From contig WLNQ01000001.1 in NCBI GenBank assembly GCA_009699705.1, positions 1 to 43,035 on the forward strand: a stretch of 43,035 bases of DNA. The letters are read 5' to 3'. A program made the position numbers and the translations under genes. Below the pieces are notes generated by a model, which was not told where the DNA came from, did no database searches, and saw only the letters and a program-made list of their open reading frames with translations. This document shows, in pieces, positions 1-9,067 of the stretch (position 1 is the first letter of the stretch; the number at the start of each line of letters is the position of its first letter). The stretch comes from Actinomycetota bacterium (GTDB lineage: Bacteria > Actinomycetota > Actinomycetes > S36-B12).

Positions 1-776
1 ATTGTTACGACACCAAAACACAAAAGTGCAACAAGCAAAACTCGGGTTGCTCCAAGATCTCCAACAAATAGATCAACAATCCCAGCAACTAATACCAATA
101 TGGTGAGTTCGACTGAGTGATAAGCGCGGTGAAACGGAAAGAACTTCGCAATCGAGCGCAGGTTGCGAAGCCCAGTGTTCGCTGGCACGCCAACCGCTGC
201 CTTATCGACGAGTTTCGGTAGGTCGTTATAGGCCCGCGACACATGCACCATGTCATTCAAAGCCTTGTTATACAAAATAATGACGGAGAGCAACGCACCC
301 AAGAAAGGCCAAATTGAATCCAGCCACCCCTCGTTAGGGAACCCGGCTGCACGTAGACCTAATGCGATTGGGATCAAGCCTTCGGTTGTGTAATGGCCAA
401 CTCGATCTATGAACACACCCATCGGTGACGACTTGCGACGCCAGCGTGCAACTTCACCATCGCAGCAGTCCCAGAGCATTTGCATCTGCCCTAAGAACAC
501 CGCCAGCAGTGGACCCCAGATTCCTGGAATCAAGAGAGCAAACGCGGCCGAAGCGCCCGTAGCCACCATGAGCCAGGTGACTTGGTTGGCCGTAATTGGG
601 GTCTTCAGCAACTGCTTGGTCAGATACGGCGAGATATCACGTAGATACACATCCGCAACCCAATGTTCTGAGTTTGTGCGACCCCGAATAGCTGGGGGCT
701 GGCAGACCTCGCGGATCTCAGCAATGGTTGGGCGTGCTGGGCGCTCGAGATCGGTCACGTCGTTACGATAGGACAC
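1..776 (-). CDS. CDP-alcohol phosphatidyltransferase family membrane protein (partial; C-terminus runs off the left edge)
   Basis: Absent from the ORF track (no stop in window, GTG start). My reverse-strand translation from GTG at 776 (alternative GTG at 758; in-frame TGA just upstream) reads ...TANQVTWLMVATGASAAFALLIPGIWGPLLAVFLGQMQMLWDCCDGEVARWRRKSSPMGVFIDRVGHYTTEG... This is D-x2-DG-x2-AR-x8-G-x3-D-x3-H, the CDP-OH_P_transf signature with the last Asp read as His. Several hydrophobic helices follow. The listed + ORF 409..771 is its antisense shadow. Confidence 0.75.
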   Translation of the reverse strand, partial: MSYRNDVTDLERPARPTIAEIREVCQPPAIRGRTNSEHWVADVYLRDISPYLTKQLLKTPITANQVTWLMVATGASAAFALLIPGIWGPLLAVFLGQMQMLWDCCDGEVARWRRKSSPMGVFIDRVGHYTTEGLIPIALGLRAAGFPNEGWLDSIWPFLGALLSVIILYNKALNDMVHVSRAYNDLPKLVDKAAVGVPANTGLRNLRSIAKFFPFHRAYHSVELTILVLVAGIVDLFVGDLGATRVLLVALLCFGVVT

Positions 777-816
777 TCGTACTCATCAGCTCTACGACCA
801 CTCCGGAGATCACCAC

Positions 817-1509
817 ATGAATACCCAAGCAGTGATCTTGGCGGCCGGCATGGGAACACGTCTGGGCAAACCATGGCCCAAGCCGCTCACTCCCCTAGCC
901 GATGGTCGAACCATCATGGGCCAGCAGATGGATAACCTTCAGCGGGCCTTCGGCGACGATCTACGGGTACTCACCGTGGTGGGATTCAAACTCGACATGA
1001 TCCTCGAGGCCTTCCCTAACGTGAGCTACGCATACAACGAGAACTTTGATCAGACCAACACCAACCGCAGTCTGCTCAAGGCCCTGCGTTTGGCCTCCGA
1101 CGGTGGAGTTCTTTGGCTCAATGGCGATGTGGTCTTTGACCCTGAAGTTCTTGAGCGCTGCAAGCCGATGATGGCTGGCGGCCAGTCGTTCGTATGCGTG
1201 AACACCTCGGCTGTGGCTGAGGAGGAAGTCAAGTACACCGTTGATGCTGATGGCTTCATCGATGCCCTCTCCAAGACTGTGAACCCTGCGCTCGGCGAAG
1301 CAGTGGGTATTAACTACATCTGCGAGAGCGACCGAGCGACGTTCATTCGAGGGCTTGAATCCTGCGACGATGGCGACTACTTCGAACGAGGGCTAGAGAT
1401 CGCGATCGATAGAGATGGCCTCAATGTCATGCCATTGGACATCACTGATTTATTTGCAGTCGAAGTTGACTTCGAAGAAGACCTGTCTCGCGCTAATCAA
1501 TATCTCTAA
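817..1509 (+). CDS. Nucleotidyltransferase, LicC-like (probable CTP:phospho-alcohol cytidylyltransferase)
   Basis: ORF track, 230 aa. The N-terminal AVILAAGMGTRLG loop (G-x-G-T-R-L) is typical of NTP_transferase folds. Length and layout recall LicC-type cytidylyltransferases; this is from memory and was not searched. Divergent from the CDP-alcohol transferase gene. Confidence 0.8.
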   Translation: MNTQAVILAAGMGTRLGKPWPKPLTPLADGRTIMGQQMDNLQRAFGDDLRVLTVVGFKLDMILEAFPNVSYAYNENFDQTNTNRSLLKALRLASDGGVLWLNGDVVFDPEVLERCKPMMAGGQSFVCVNTSAVAEEEVKYTVDADGFIDALSKTVNPALGEAVGINYICESDRATFIRGLESCDDGDYFERGLEIAIDRDGLNVMPLDITDLFAVEVDFEEDLSRANQYL

Positions 1510-1524
1510 CGAGTGCTGAAGATT

Positions 1525-2610
1525 CTAACGATTGACGCTTTCAAATAGCTGCTCCCATTGATCCAAGATGCGTTCTCGTTCATAAGCCAACATATGCTCT
1601 CGTCCTTGGCGACCCAGACGGGCTCGCAATTCGTCATTCTCGGCAAGTTCACATAGCCCGCTAGCCAGGGCAGCAGCATCTCCTCGATTCACGAGTAATC
1701 CGCATCTGCCCTCGTCTAGGAGTTCACGCACTCCAGCTGAGCAATCGCTGGCAACTGCAGGCACTCCAATTGCTAATGCCTCCATGAGAACTAGCGGCAA
1801 ACCTTCGATCAGCGAGGGAACCGCGAGTATTCCTGTTTCTTTGAGAGCGACATAGGGATCTGCCACCGGCGCCAGCAACTGCACTCTTGGTAAGTCGGTC
1901 ATTGCTGCTTGGATCTGCACATCATGAGGTCCAGAACCGATGATGTTGAGGTTCCAATCACCTAGCCGACCTTGCTCGCAAATAATCCGCCAAGCCTGCA
2001 TCAGCGTCATCGGTGCCTTCTCAGCCGACAGCCGCCCAAGATAGGTGACGGTTCGAGATTGAGGATTTGCAACCTCACTAGGCCATTGAGCTAGTGGATT
2101 GGGTAGCCAAGACGCATTATTGAGTCCTGCTTGCGTGAATCTCATTGCATCAACTGACGTGAGCGCAAGAAATTGATCAACATCGCGATAAGCGCGCAAA
2201 ATGCGATCTAGATCTTTTCCAAAGGCAGCGGCTTCAATAGAAGAGTGAAATTGCCCAATAGTTCGCCAACCCACAAGATCACAATCAAGGGCATGTTCCA
2301 TCGCCCAGACTTGGGCCGTCACGAGGATGCCGGGTTCCCCTGCATCAAGAATCGCTTGCAGCTTCCGCAGTGCTCCGGCCCGCAAGCTGTCAAGTTCCGC
2401 GCCTGCTTGTTTGGGATAGGGAGTTTCTAAGAGTCGCTCGACTTGATATGTGCTCGCCACGTGGGCTGTGCGTTCTCCCAGCGGCTCAACTCCCACGATC
2501 GTGACGTCATATCCGCGAGAAGCCAAGCCACCCGCTAACACTTGAACCACGCGTTGGGCTCCGCCAAGTTCATCAATGTTGTTCGCGAGTAACACAACGC
2601 GCTTACTCAT
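1525..2610 (-). CDS. Glycosyltransferase family 4 (GT-B)
   Basis: ORF track, 369 aa, with the C-terminal motif EGLPLVLMEALAIGVPAVASD (GT1/GT4 E-x7-E region). I trimmed the start to ATG 2610 (MSKRVVLLANN...), which overlaps the upstream TAA stop by 1 nt (TAATG). Confidence 0.85.
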   Translation of the reverse strand: MSKRVVLLANNIDELGGAQRVVQVLAGGLASRGYDVTIVGVEPLGERTAHVASTYQVERLLETPYPKQAGAELDSLRAGALRKLQAILDAGEPGILVTAQVWAMEHALDCDLVGWRTIGQFHSSIEAAAFGKDLDRILRAYRDVDQFLALTSVDAMRFTQAGLNNASWLPNPLAQWPSEVANPQSRTVTYLGRLSAEKAPMTLMQAWRIICEQGRLGDWNLNIIGSGPHDVQIQAAMTDLPRVQLLAPVADPYVALKETGILAVPSLIEGLPLVLMEALAIGVPAVASDCSAGVRELLDEGRCGLLVNRGDAAALASGLCELAENDELRARLGRQGREHMLAYERERILDQWEQLFESVNR

Positions 2611-4136
2611 TACACACCCACCATTGCTGACCAAATTCGCTTTGCAGCTTCACCAGAAGTTTGTCCGGCGAGTGCAGCAAAACTTGCACTGCGCTCATTG
2701 AACGACGAAAGAGTATCCCGATCTTTGATCCACTCATGAAGAAGCGGTAGTACATCGCTGACACTCTCGACTACCGGACCAGGTAAGACGCTCATCAGAT
2801 CTACATACGTGCCTCGGCGACGAACCACATCAACTCGATGCGGCTCGAGCGCAATGATTGGACGCTGGAGTCGACCAAATTCCAGGGTCAATACCGACCA
2901 GTCGGTGACGAGAAGGTCAGCAACAGCAAGCCACTTGGCTACGTTTTCAGTAACTTGCGAAATCCCATCGGGTAATTGCAGACGACTGCCATCGTCGGTG
3001 ACAGCAAAAAGTTGAATAGTGTCGCGAAATGAGTCCGCCAATACCGTGAGGTCTGGCACTGATTGAGCAGTGAAAAAAGTCAGGACTACGACAGGTCGAT
3101 CCTGATCGAGCGTGAGTTGGGATTTGGTGTGTGGCTCAGATGCAGCCGCAATCACCGCGTCGCCAAAGACACTGGCTTGGACGACCTCTCCGACGAATGC
3201 CGTGGATGACCGCAGTATTTGTTCGTTCAGTGGAGATGCGACACAAGCAAGATCCCAGCGGCCAACCTGTGACCACGCTGGGCGCCGTTCCGATGTGGGC
3301 TGCAAAACCCAATCTGGGTTATCTCTACCCACGCGCAAGAGCGGCATCGAACATGCTGCCACCACCATTATTTGACCTTCGCGCTTGGGCAACCGATTGC
3401 GGAAGACTTCATTGACTACGAGCCAGCGAGCACGACCCAGGTGCCAGGCATGAGTGAATGAATGACGATTTCTTGCTGCTACCCAGTGTTGATGAACCTT
3501 AGGGTGTTCGACTCGCCATTGAGTTGCCAGCGCCGGCAATTCAGTGTCAATCGCTCGACCGCCCTCCACATCGAAGAGCACCTCATTTTTCAGCGGCATC
3601 AGCTTCGCGAAATGAAATGCCAAAGCCGGCAGATTCTTAAAAGGTGAGCCTTTGGCATTCTTTGCATTAGGCATCTTTCGAAGTTTTGGTGCAATGACTT
3701 CTTGCGCAATCGTGACGATTATTTTGGCTTCAATTAAAGCACTGATCTGAATGCGCGCTGCGCCCTTGACTAACTCGTCTAGCAATGCCGTCTGAGCACT
3801 CAACCATTCACGCCGGAACAACACATGCGTTGAAGGTATTTCACCACTGTGTGCGTTAAGTTTGCTGAGTTCTTCAACACTCACCGTGGTGGGCAACAAA
3901 TGAGGACGTACTGCGCCTACTGCGACATCAGCACCATTTTGCTCAGCGGCCAGTAATAAGTTCTTCACGATATGCCGTTCGAGGACGACATACTCAGGGG
4001 CGAAAAGCACCCAGGCGCCACCTGCTGCATTGAATTCTGCAACTACTTCAAATCTTCGCAGCGTTTGATTCGCGAACAACCCATCAAGATCACCGCCAGA
4101 AGTGACGATGATGCTGACATCTGGATTCGCGTTCAT
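2610..4136 (-). CDS. TagB/TagF-like CDP-glycerol/ribitol phosphotransferase family protein
   Basis: ORF track, 508 aa. The C-terminal half (...VADLLVTDWSVLTLEFGRLQRPIIALEPHRVDVVRRRGTYVDL...) resembles the Glyphos_transf (TagF) catalytic domain. The N-terminal ~90 aa look like a degenerate GT-A segment. ATGA overlap with the upstream gene at 4133-4136. Confidence 0.7.
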   Translation of the reverse strand: MNANPDVSIIVTSGGDLDGLFANQTLRRFEVVAEFNAAGGAWVLFAPEYVVLERHIVKNLLLAAEQNGADVAVGAVRPHLLPTTVSVEELSKLNAHSGEIPSTHVLFRREWLSAQTALLDELVKGAARIQISALIEAKIIVTIAQEVIAPKLRKMPNAKNAKGSPFKNLPALAFHFAKLMPLKNEVLFDVEGGRAIDTELPALATQWRVEHPKVHQHWVAARNRHSFTHAWHLGRARWLVVNEVFRNRLPKREGQIMVVAACSMPLLRVGRDNPDWVLQPTSERRPAWSQVGRWDLACVASPLNEQILRSSTAFVGEVVQASVFGDAVIAAASEPHTKSQLTLDQDRPVVVLTFFTAQSVPDLTVLADSFRDTIQLFAVTDDGSRLQLPDGISQVTENVAKWLAVADLLVTDWSVLTLEFGRLQRPIIALEPHRVDVVRRRGTYVDLMSVLPGPVVESVSDVLPLLHEWIKDRDTLSSFNERSASFAALAGQTSGEAAKRIWSAMVGV

Positions 4137-5056
4137 GCCTGCACACGACTATCAACAACAAAGGAAACTAGTTCCTTAGCCCTCGAGTCAAAGCTGTGTT
4201 CCTGCGCAATTTTCTTTGCAAAGATTAATCGTTCTTCATAACTTGGAAATGCTGATCCGAGATCATTAGCAATGTGAGCAAGTTCGTCAACGGATCCATA
4301 CGTTCGAACAACGCCTCCAAACACTTCTTCCAGACCTAACGCTCGATCAGAGATCACGCGGGTCGCCGTTGCTGTGGCATCAAACAGTCGATTTGAAAGA
4401 AAACCGGTTTCTGCCATGTACTCGTGATGGTCATTCAATACCAGCCGAGCACTTGCATAGGCGGTGGGAAGCTCCGCATTGGCCAAGAATTCAGCGCGAA
4501 TCTGTTGACCTTCAACATACTCTTGCCAGCCCACGCCATACAGTGACAATTCAAGGTGAGCGGCGATCGCATCTTGAACAATCGGGCGAAAGACACCGCG
4601 AGTTGAGCCGACGAAAAGCACGGCATCTCCGCTGTCGGAAACACCAGCTTTTGGCGAAAATCTCGCGGGGTTCGTCGCCTGCAAAAGTGGTCGCACATCA
4701 ACGAAATCAGGTTTCCAGTAATTACTGGCAACAAAGACAACGTCGTACCGTTCTGCTTCTTGCCTGGTCACCAACTCTGGGTGGGAAATAACCCAAAGAA
4801 TCCAGATGGAATTCTTTTTTGAACGATTCGGTTTCACTTCCGTCAGCCCACGAAGCACAACTACGACGTCATCATTCTCACGTTCCAGCGCATGCGCGTT
4901 TTGTCGAGAAGTAGTGCTTGCGTCTTGTCCCTGTCTACGCAACGCATCAACAAGATCTCTCGCAAACCAGGTGTCACCCCACTGTTCTCCAGCTTTTCCG
5001 CCAGGAGCTGATGTCAAAATGGTCCATCTCAACTTGCGTCGCCCAAAGAGTTTCAT
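4133..5056 (-). CDS. Glycosyltransferase, CgeB-like (Glyco_trans_1_2-type C-terminal domain)
   Basis: ORF track 4133..5125. I trimmed the start to ATG 5056 (MKLFGRRKLRW...), which forms an ATGA overlap with the stop of the upstream GT2 gene (5053-5055). The C-terminal ...LFVGSTRGVFRPIV...ARLVLNDHHEYMAETGFLSNRLFDATA... resembles CgeB-family glycosyltransferases. Confidence 0.55.
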   Translation of the reverse strand: MKLFGRRKLRWTILTSAPGGKAGEQWGDTWFARDLVDALRRQGQDASTTSRQNAHALERENDDVVVVLRGLTEVKPNRSKKNSIWILWVISHPELVTRQEAERYDVVFVASNYWKPDFVDVRPLLQATNPARFSPKAGVSDSGDAVLFVGSTRGVFRPIVQDAIAAHLELSLYGVGWQEYVEGQQIRAEFLANAELPTAYASARLVLNDHHEYMAETGFLSNRLFDATATATRVISDRALGLEEVFGGVVRTYGSVDELAHIANDLGSAFPSYEERLIFAKKIAQEHSFDSRAKELVSFVVDSRVQA

Positions 5057-6063
5057 CGCTTCACCCCGCGGAGAAAACCCAGCCCCCAGGCTCCGTGCAT
5101 GGTTGCAAACACTGTTGGTAGCCACAGGGCAGCGCGTATTGGCAGCGATGGCTTACTCGCGACTGTCATCAGACACGCGAAGATGTTGGCGAGTAGGTAA
5201 CCGATCGGCATTGCAAATCCCAAAATTGCGAGCCAGCTGAGGCCGCCGACCACGCCAATCCCACCCACAACTAACCCTGCAATAAGAAGCAGGGCTGCAA
5301 CCGGGGCTGCCAGATAACGCAGTGACAAAGTTTCGGGGTGCCTGCGAGCAACTTCGCGACGCCAACGGCCGTAATCGTGATACTGGCGTGCGAGCGCGGC
5401 AACTGTTGGGCGAGGCCGATACTCAACCTGCATAGTTGGCGTGAACCACACAGTTCCACCCGTTTGCCGGATCCGAAAATTCATCTCCCAATCTTGCGCA
5501 CGTTCCATAGTTTCGTCATACCCCTGGACCCGGGCTAAAGCATCGGCTCGAAAACATCCCAGATAGACCGTGAGAGCAGGCCCCGCCTGACCGCCAACGT
5601 GGAAGGCCGCTCCGCCAACACCGAATTTGGAAGTCATTGCACGAGCAACCGCTTCTTCAAACGGGCTCGTTCCTGTGGCGGCCATGATTCCGCCAACATT
5701 GTCAGCCCCTGTTTCGCGAAGAGTTGACACACCGCAGGTCACATAATCGGTCGGAATCATTGCGTGTCCATCAACTCGCACGACAACGTCTCCCGTCGCG
5801 CGAGCAATCGCAAAGTTGAGGCCTGCCGGAGTTTTACCCGTGGGGTTAGCCACCACAATGACATTTCCATGCAGCACGGAAAGCGCATCAGCAACTTCTC
5901 GTGTTCGATCCTTTGACGGACCTACAGCCATCACGATTTCAAGTTCACCTTGATAATCCTGTTTTAAAATCTGAGCAACAGCCACTTCAAGATGCCGCTC
6001 TTCATTCAGCACCGGCATGATCACGCTGACGCGTGGCAAGGTCGGCAGTGGAGCTTGGGTCAT
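5053..6063 (-). CDS. Glycosyltransferase family 2 with C-terminal transmembrane helices
   Basis: ORF track, 336 aa. N-terminal VSVIMPVLNEERHLEVAVAQILKQDY (start of a GT-A fold). C-terminal hydrophobic stretch YLAAPVAALLLIAGLVVGGIGVVGGLSWLAILGFAMPIGYLLANIFACLMTV. ATGA overlap with the upstream gene at 6060-6063. Confidence 0.8.
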   Translation of the reverse strand: MTQAPLPTLPRVSVIMPVLNEERHLEVAVAQILKQDYQGELEIVMAVGPSKDRTREVADALSVLHGNVIVVANPTGKTPAGLNFAIARATGDVVVRVDGHAMIPTDYVTCGVSTLRETGADNVGGIMAATGTSPFEEAVARAMTSKFGVGGAAFHVGGQAGPALTVYLGCFRADALARVQGYDETMERAQDWEMNFRIRQTGGTVWFTPTMQVEYRPRPTVAALARQYHDYGRWRREVARRHPETLSLRYLAAPVAALLLIAGLVVGGIGVVGGLSWLAILGFAMPIGYLLANIFACLMTVASKPSLPIRAALWLPTVFATMHGAWGLGFLRGVKR

Positions 6064-7754
6064 GCACGCGTCCCAAACACTTCGTGCTGAATTCGCCCTT
6101 CGAACGTCTTGGCTGTTTTCGTTAAGAAGTGCTCTTCATTTGGAGTAGCTGTGTGACCCTCACCGCGGCGCTCATATAGGTAGCCCAGTCCATGAGTTCG
6201 GTAGATCGTTCCACCCGTGGCCTGCACTCGTTCAATCAGTGCACGATCAACCGACTTGGGAACCGGGCGCCAGCCACCAAGTGCGTCAAGATCCGAACGT
6301 GAAATCAACAAAGTGCCACCTGCAACAAAAGGTGCGTAAGTTTCGGCCGGGTATTCGGGTCGAAACGCGGTGGTGTCGGCGGATTCGACGTAGATCCAGT
6401 CCAGTGCTTTGCCCACCATCGTTGCCCCAGAATACATTCTCGCGAGAACCAGATCCCAAACATGTTCTGCACCGTAGAAGTCATCGTCATCCATCTTGGT
6501 GATGAGTTCACCATCAGCCTTTTCGCTTAAAAGCTGCAAAGCCGCACCGAACGGTAGGTCACTCGGAATCTTCACAATTTTAAGATCATGTGCAATCGCA
6601 TCGAAACGTGAATGTTCAACTTCAACGCCATGGAGTCCAATAACAATCTGCAAATTTGGATACGCCAACCGGGCAAGCTGCTGGACCGCTTGGTCAATGA
6701 AACGTTCACGGTGCGTGGCAAGCACGACCGAGACGGTAGGCCAAGCGCTCAAGGCCGCAGCGGGTGAATAAGCACGAAGTGCGTGGCGACGGGTGTGAAT
6801 AGATCGCACCTGCCAGGCCAGATCGTCAGTTGGGAAGTCGCCAGAAGCAACAATGATGCCGCAGGCTTCTAACTGTGTGCGCCAGCGCGCCGGCAAGTCG
6901 AGTTGGGTTTGTACTGCGCCTACCGTTTGAAGATCTCCAACATCACTCGCCGATAGATCGTTTTCGGTTTTGAGATCGACTCCCTCGCCCTCGATCACGA
7001 GTGCACCTGCTTGAACCGAGGCAAGCCCAACGTTCCATGGCCCGGTAGAAAGTCGACCGATCGGGCGATGTACCAGAGGATTCACAAAGACTTCGTGTTC
7101 AACACCATTGACAACCCATACTGGGCGGTCTTCATCAATGATCACCGTTCGTGACCGCTCAATTGAGTCCAGTGACACTTCGGATGAAGTAATCAACGTG
7201 TCGCTTCTTCGCAAATGAACATGCGCGTTGTCCGTGGGCAGCACCACATCGCTGAGATCTGCCACGAGTGAAGCGGCGCTCATTGGCAGCCCCGGGCCAA
7301 AGGTGAACATCGAGCCATGACTCAGGCTGACCATCGGCTGCAGCACCCTCAGCGCAGCTGCCACCAACAGGCCTGGATCGGCTGGCGCTGCGACAACAAG
7401 CTCGAGCAAGACTCCTTCGCCATGGTTGTGGAGCCACAGGGATTTGATGCCAGACATCTTGGGCGTTCCTGTCCACCCCAATGGAGGTTGCCAAGACTTC
7501 AGTCGCACATCGATCCGAGTAATTTCAGGACCGCCGACAATTTTCACAGCGAGCTGAGCAAGCGCTGCTACGTTGGGACCCTTGATCAGCCAGGAATGCG
7601 GCTTCATTTTTATGGTGATTCCCTCGGGGAGTCCCGGAATCGGTCCACGCTTGATTTTTCGGCTTTGATCTCGGAAGGCTGCTTGGGGATTGCTCACAGT
7701 GGTAAGCGTAGAGGTGAGCCAGGCTCGATCCCCGGTAGCCTTGCGGGATGACAC
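6060..7754 (-). CDS. Two-domain protein: unknown ~330-aa N-terminal region + C-terminal GT2 glycosyltransferase domain
   Basis: ORF track, 564 aa. The C-terminal part (TVSVVLATHRERFIDQAVQQLARLAYPNLQIVIGLHG...ITKMDDDDFYGAEHVWDL) is GT-A with a DDDD (DxD) motif. The start is uncertain: GTG 7754 would overlap the divergent ugd start by 7 nt, and ATG 7607 (MKPHSWLIKG) is an alternative. Confidence 0.65.
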   Translation of the reverse strand: MSSRKATGDRAWLTSTLTTVSNPQAAFRDQSRKIKRGPIPGLPEGITIKMKPHSWLIKGPNVAALAQLAVKIVGGPEITRIDVRLKSWQPPLGWTGTPKMSGIKSLWLHNHGEGVLLELVVAAPADPGLLVAAALRVLQPMVSLSHGSMFTFGPGLPMSAASLVADLSDVVLPTDNAHVHLRRSDTLITSSEVSLDSIERSRTVIIDEDRPVWVVNGVEHEVFVNPLVHRPIGRLSTGPWNVGLASVQAGALVIEGEGVDLKTENDLSASDVGDLQTVGAVQTQLDLPARWRTQLEACGIIVASGDFPTDDLAWQVRSIHTRRHALRAYSPAAALSAWPTVSVVLATHRERFIDQAVQQLARLAYPNLQIVIGLHGVEVEHSRFDAIAHDLKIVKIPSDLPFGAALQLLSEKADGELITKMDDDDFYGAEHVWDLVLARMYSGATMVGKALDWIYVESADTTAFRPEYPAETYAPFVAGGTLLISRSDLDALGGWRPVPKSVDRALIERVQATGGTIYRTHGLGYLYERRGEGHTATPNEEHFLTKTAKTFEGRIQHEVFGTRA

Positions 7755-9067
7755 TTCGACTCTCCGTTATTGGCACCGGCTATCTAGGAGCCACTCACGC
7801 GGCCTGCATGGCGGAACTGGGCTTTGAGGTCATCGGAGTCGACGTCGATCCGGATAAAGTTGCGATCCTGCAGGGCGGGCATGTCCCCTTCTACGAGCCC
7901 GGGCTAGATGAGGTACTCGATCGAAATATCAAGGCCGGGCGCTTGCGGTTCTCTACCTCAATTCAGGAAGCCGCCGAGTTCGCTGATGTGCACTTCATCT
8001 GCGTAGGCACCCCACAACTTGCTGGTGCCCAGCGCGCCGATATGACTCAGGTTTTTGGCTCCATTGCAGCGCTGGCCCCCTACCTCAAGCCAAATGACCT
8101 CGTGGTCGGTAAATCAACCGTGCCCGTCGGCACCGCGCACGAGATTTCTGAACGGCTGAATGCCGCCGCACCTGCCGGAGTTGAAGTCGCATGGAACCCG
8201 GAGTTTTTGCGTGAAGGTTTTGCCGTCGAAGACACCTTGCGCCCCGACCGATTGGTGGTCGGTGTGCGTAGCCAGCGAGCAGAAGACATTTTACGAGAGG
8301 TCTATGCGCCTCTGCTCGCGATAAATACTCCCTTCTTAGTAACCGACTTTCCTACTGCCGAGTTGGTTAAGGTCGCGGCGAACTCGTTCCTAGCCACGAA
8401 AATCTCGTTCATCAATGCGATGGCTGAAGTCTGTGAAGCCGCCGGCGCCGACGTCACTCAACTAGCTGAAGCGATTGGTTACGACCCTCGGATCGGCAAT
8501 CGCTTCCTTTCGGCTGGACTTGGCTTTGGTGGTGGGTGCTTACCGAAAGACATCCGAGCATTCATGGCACGTGCCGGCGAGCTTGGCGCCGATGAAGCAT
8601 TGATGTTCTTGCGCGAAGTTGACCAAATCAATCTTCGTCGACGGTCACACATGGTGGATCTCGCTCGTAAAACCCTGAGCGGAGAATTCGTCGGTAAATC
8701 CGTAACGGTGCTAGGTGCCGCCTTTAAGCCAAACAGCGATGACGTTCGCGATTCGCCATCCTTGGATGTTGCGGTAGCCGTGAGTAATGCGGGCGCAAAG
8801 GTGAAGGTCCATGATCCCAAGGCGTTGGAGAATGCCGCACGCGTCTACCCAAATATGCACTACGAACAAGACGTGATGAGAGCTCTTGAAGGCGCTGATC
8901 TCATCATTCACGGCACTGAATGGACGCAGTACCTTGAGCTTGATCCGGTTGCCGTCGCAAAGGTAGTGAATACCCGCCATGTGATCGATGGGCGCAACGT
9001 ACTTGACCCACAAGCATGGCGCGCTGCGGGCTTTACCTATCGCGCGCTAGGCCGACCAACCGCATAG
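7748..9067 (+). CDS. ugd: UDP-glucose 6-dehydrogenase
   Basis: ORF track, 439 aa. N-terminal Rossmann motif SVIGTGYLGATHAACMA and catalytic-Cys motif GLGFGGGCLPKDIRA. Full-length architecture of the UDPG/MGDP dehydrogenase family. Confidence 0.9.
   Translation: MTLRLSVIGTGYLGATHAACMAELGFEVIGVDVDPDKVAILQGGHVPFYEPGLDEVLDRNIKAGRLRFSTSIQEAAEFADVHFICVGTPQLAGAQRADMTQVFGSIAALAPYLKPNDLVVGKSTVPVGTAHEISERLNAAAPAGVEVAWNPEFLREGFAVEDTLRPDRLVVGVRSQRAEDILREVYAPLLAINTPFLVTDFPTAELVKVAANSFLATKISFINAMAEVCEAAGADVTQLAEAIGYDPRIGNRFLSAGLGFGGGCLPKDIRAFMARAGELGADEALMFLREVDQINLRRRSHMVDLARKTLSGEFVGKSVTVLGAAFKPNSDDVRDSPSLDVAVAVSNAGAKVKVHDPKALENAARVYPNMHYEQDVMRALEGADLIIHGTEWTQYLELDPVAVAKVVNTRHVIDGRNVLDPQAWRAAGFTYRALGRPTA

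Noticed and set aside
409-771. Listed + strand ORF of 120 aa
   Set aside because: Its translation is Arg/Ser/Pro-rich with no motifs. It lies exactly antisense to a reverse-strand frame carrying a clean CDP-alcohol phosphatidyltransferase signature, so it is a shadow ORF.
2611-2634. Longer starts for the GT4 gene (2634) and the CgeB-like gene (5125)
   Set aside because: Internal ATGs at 2610 and 5056 create the same 1-4 nt stop/start overlaps seen along the rest of the operon. The extensions would overlap the upstream genes by 25 and 73 nt.
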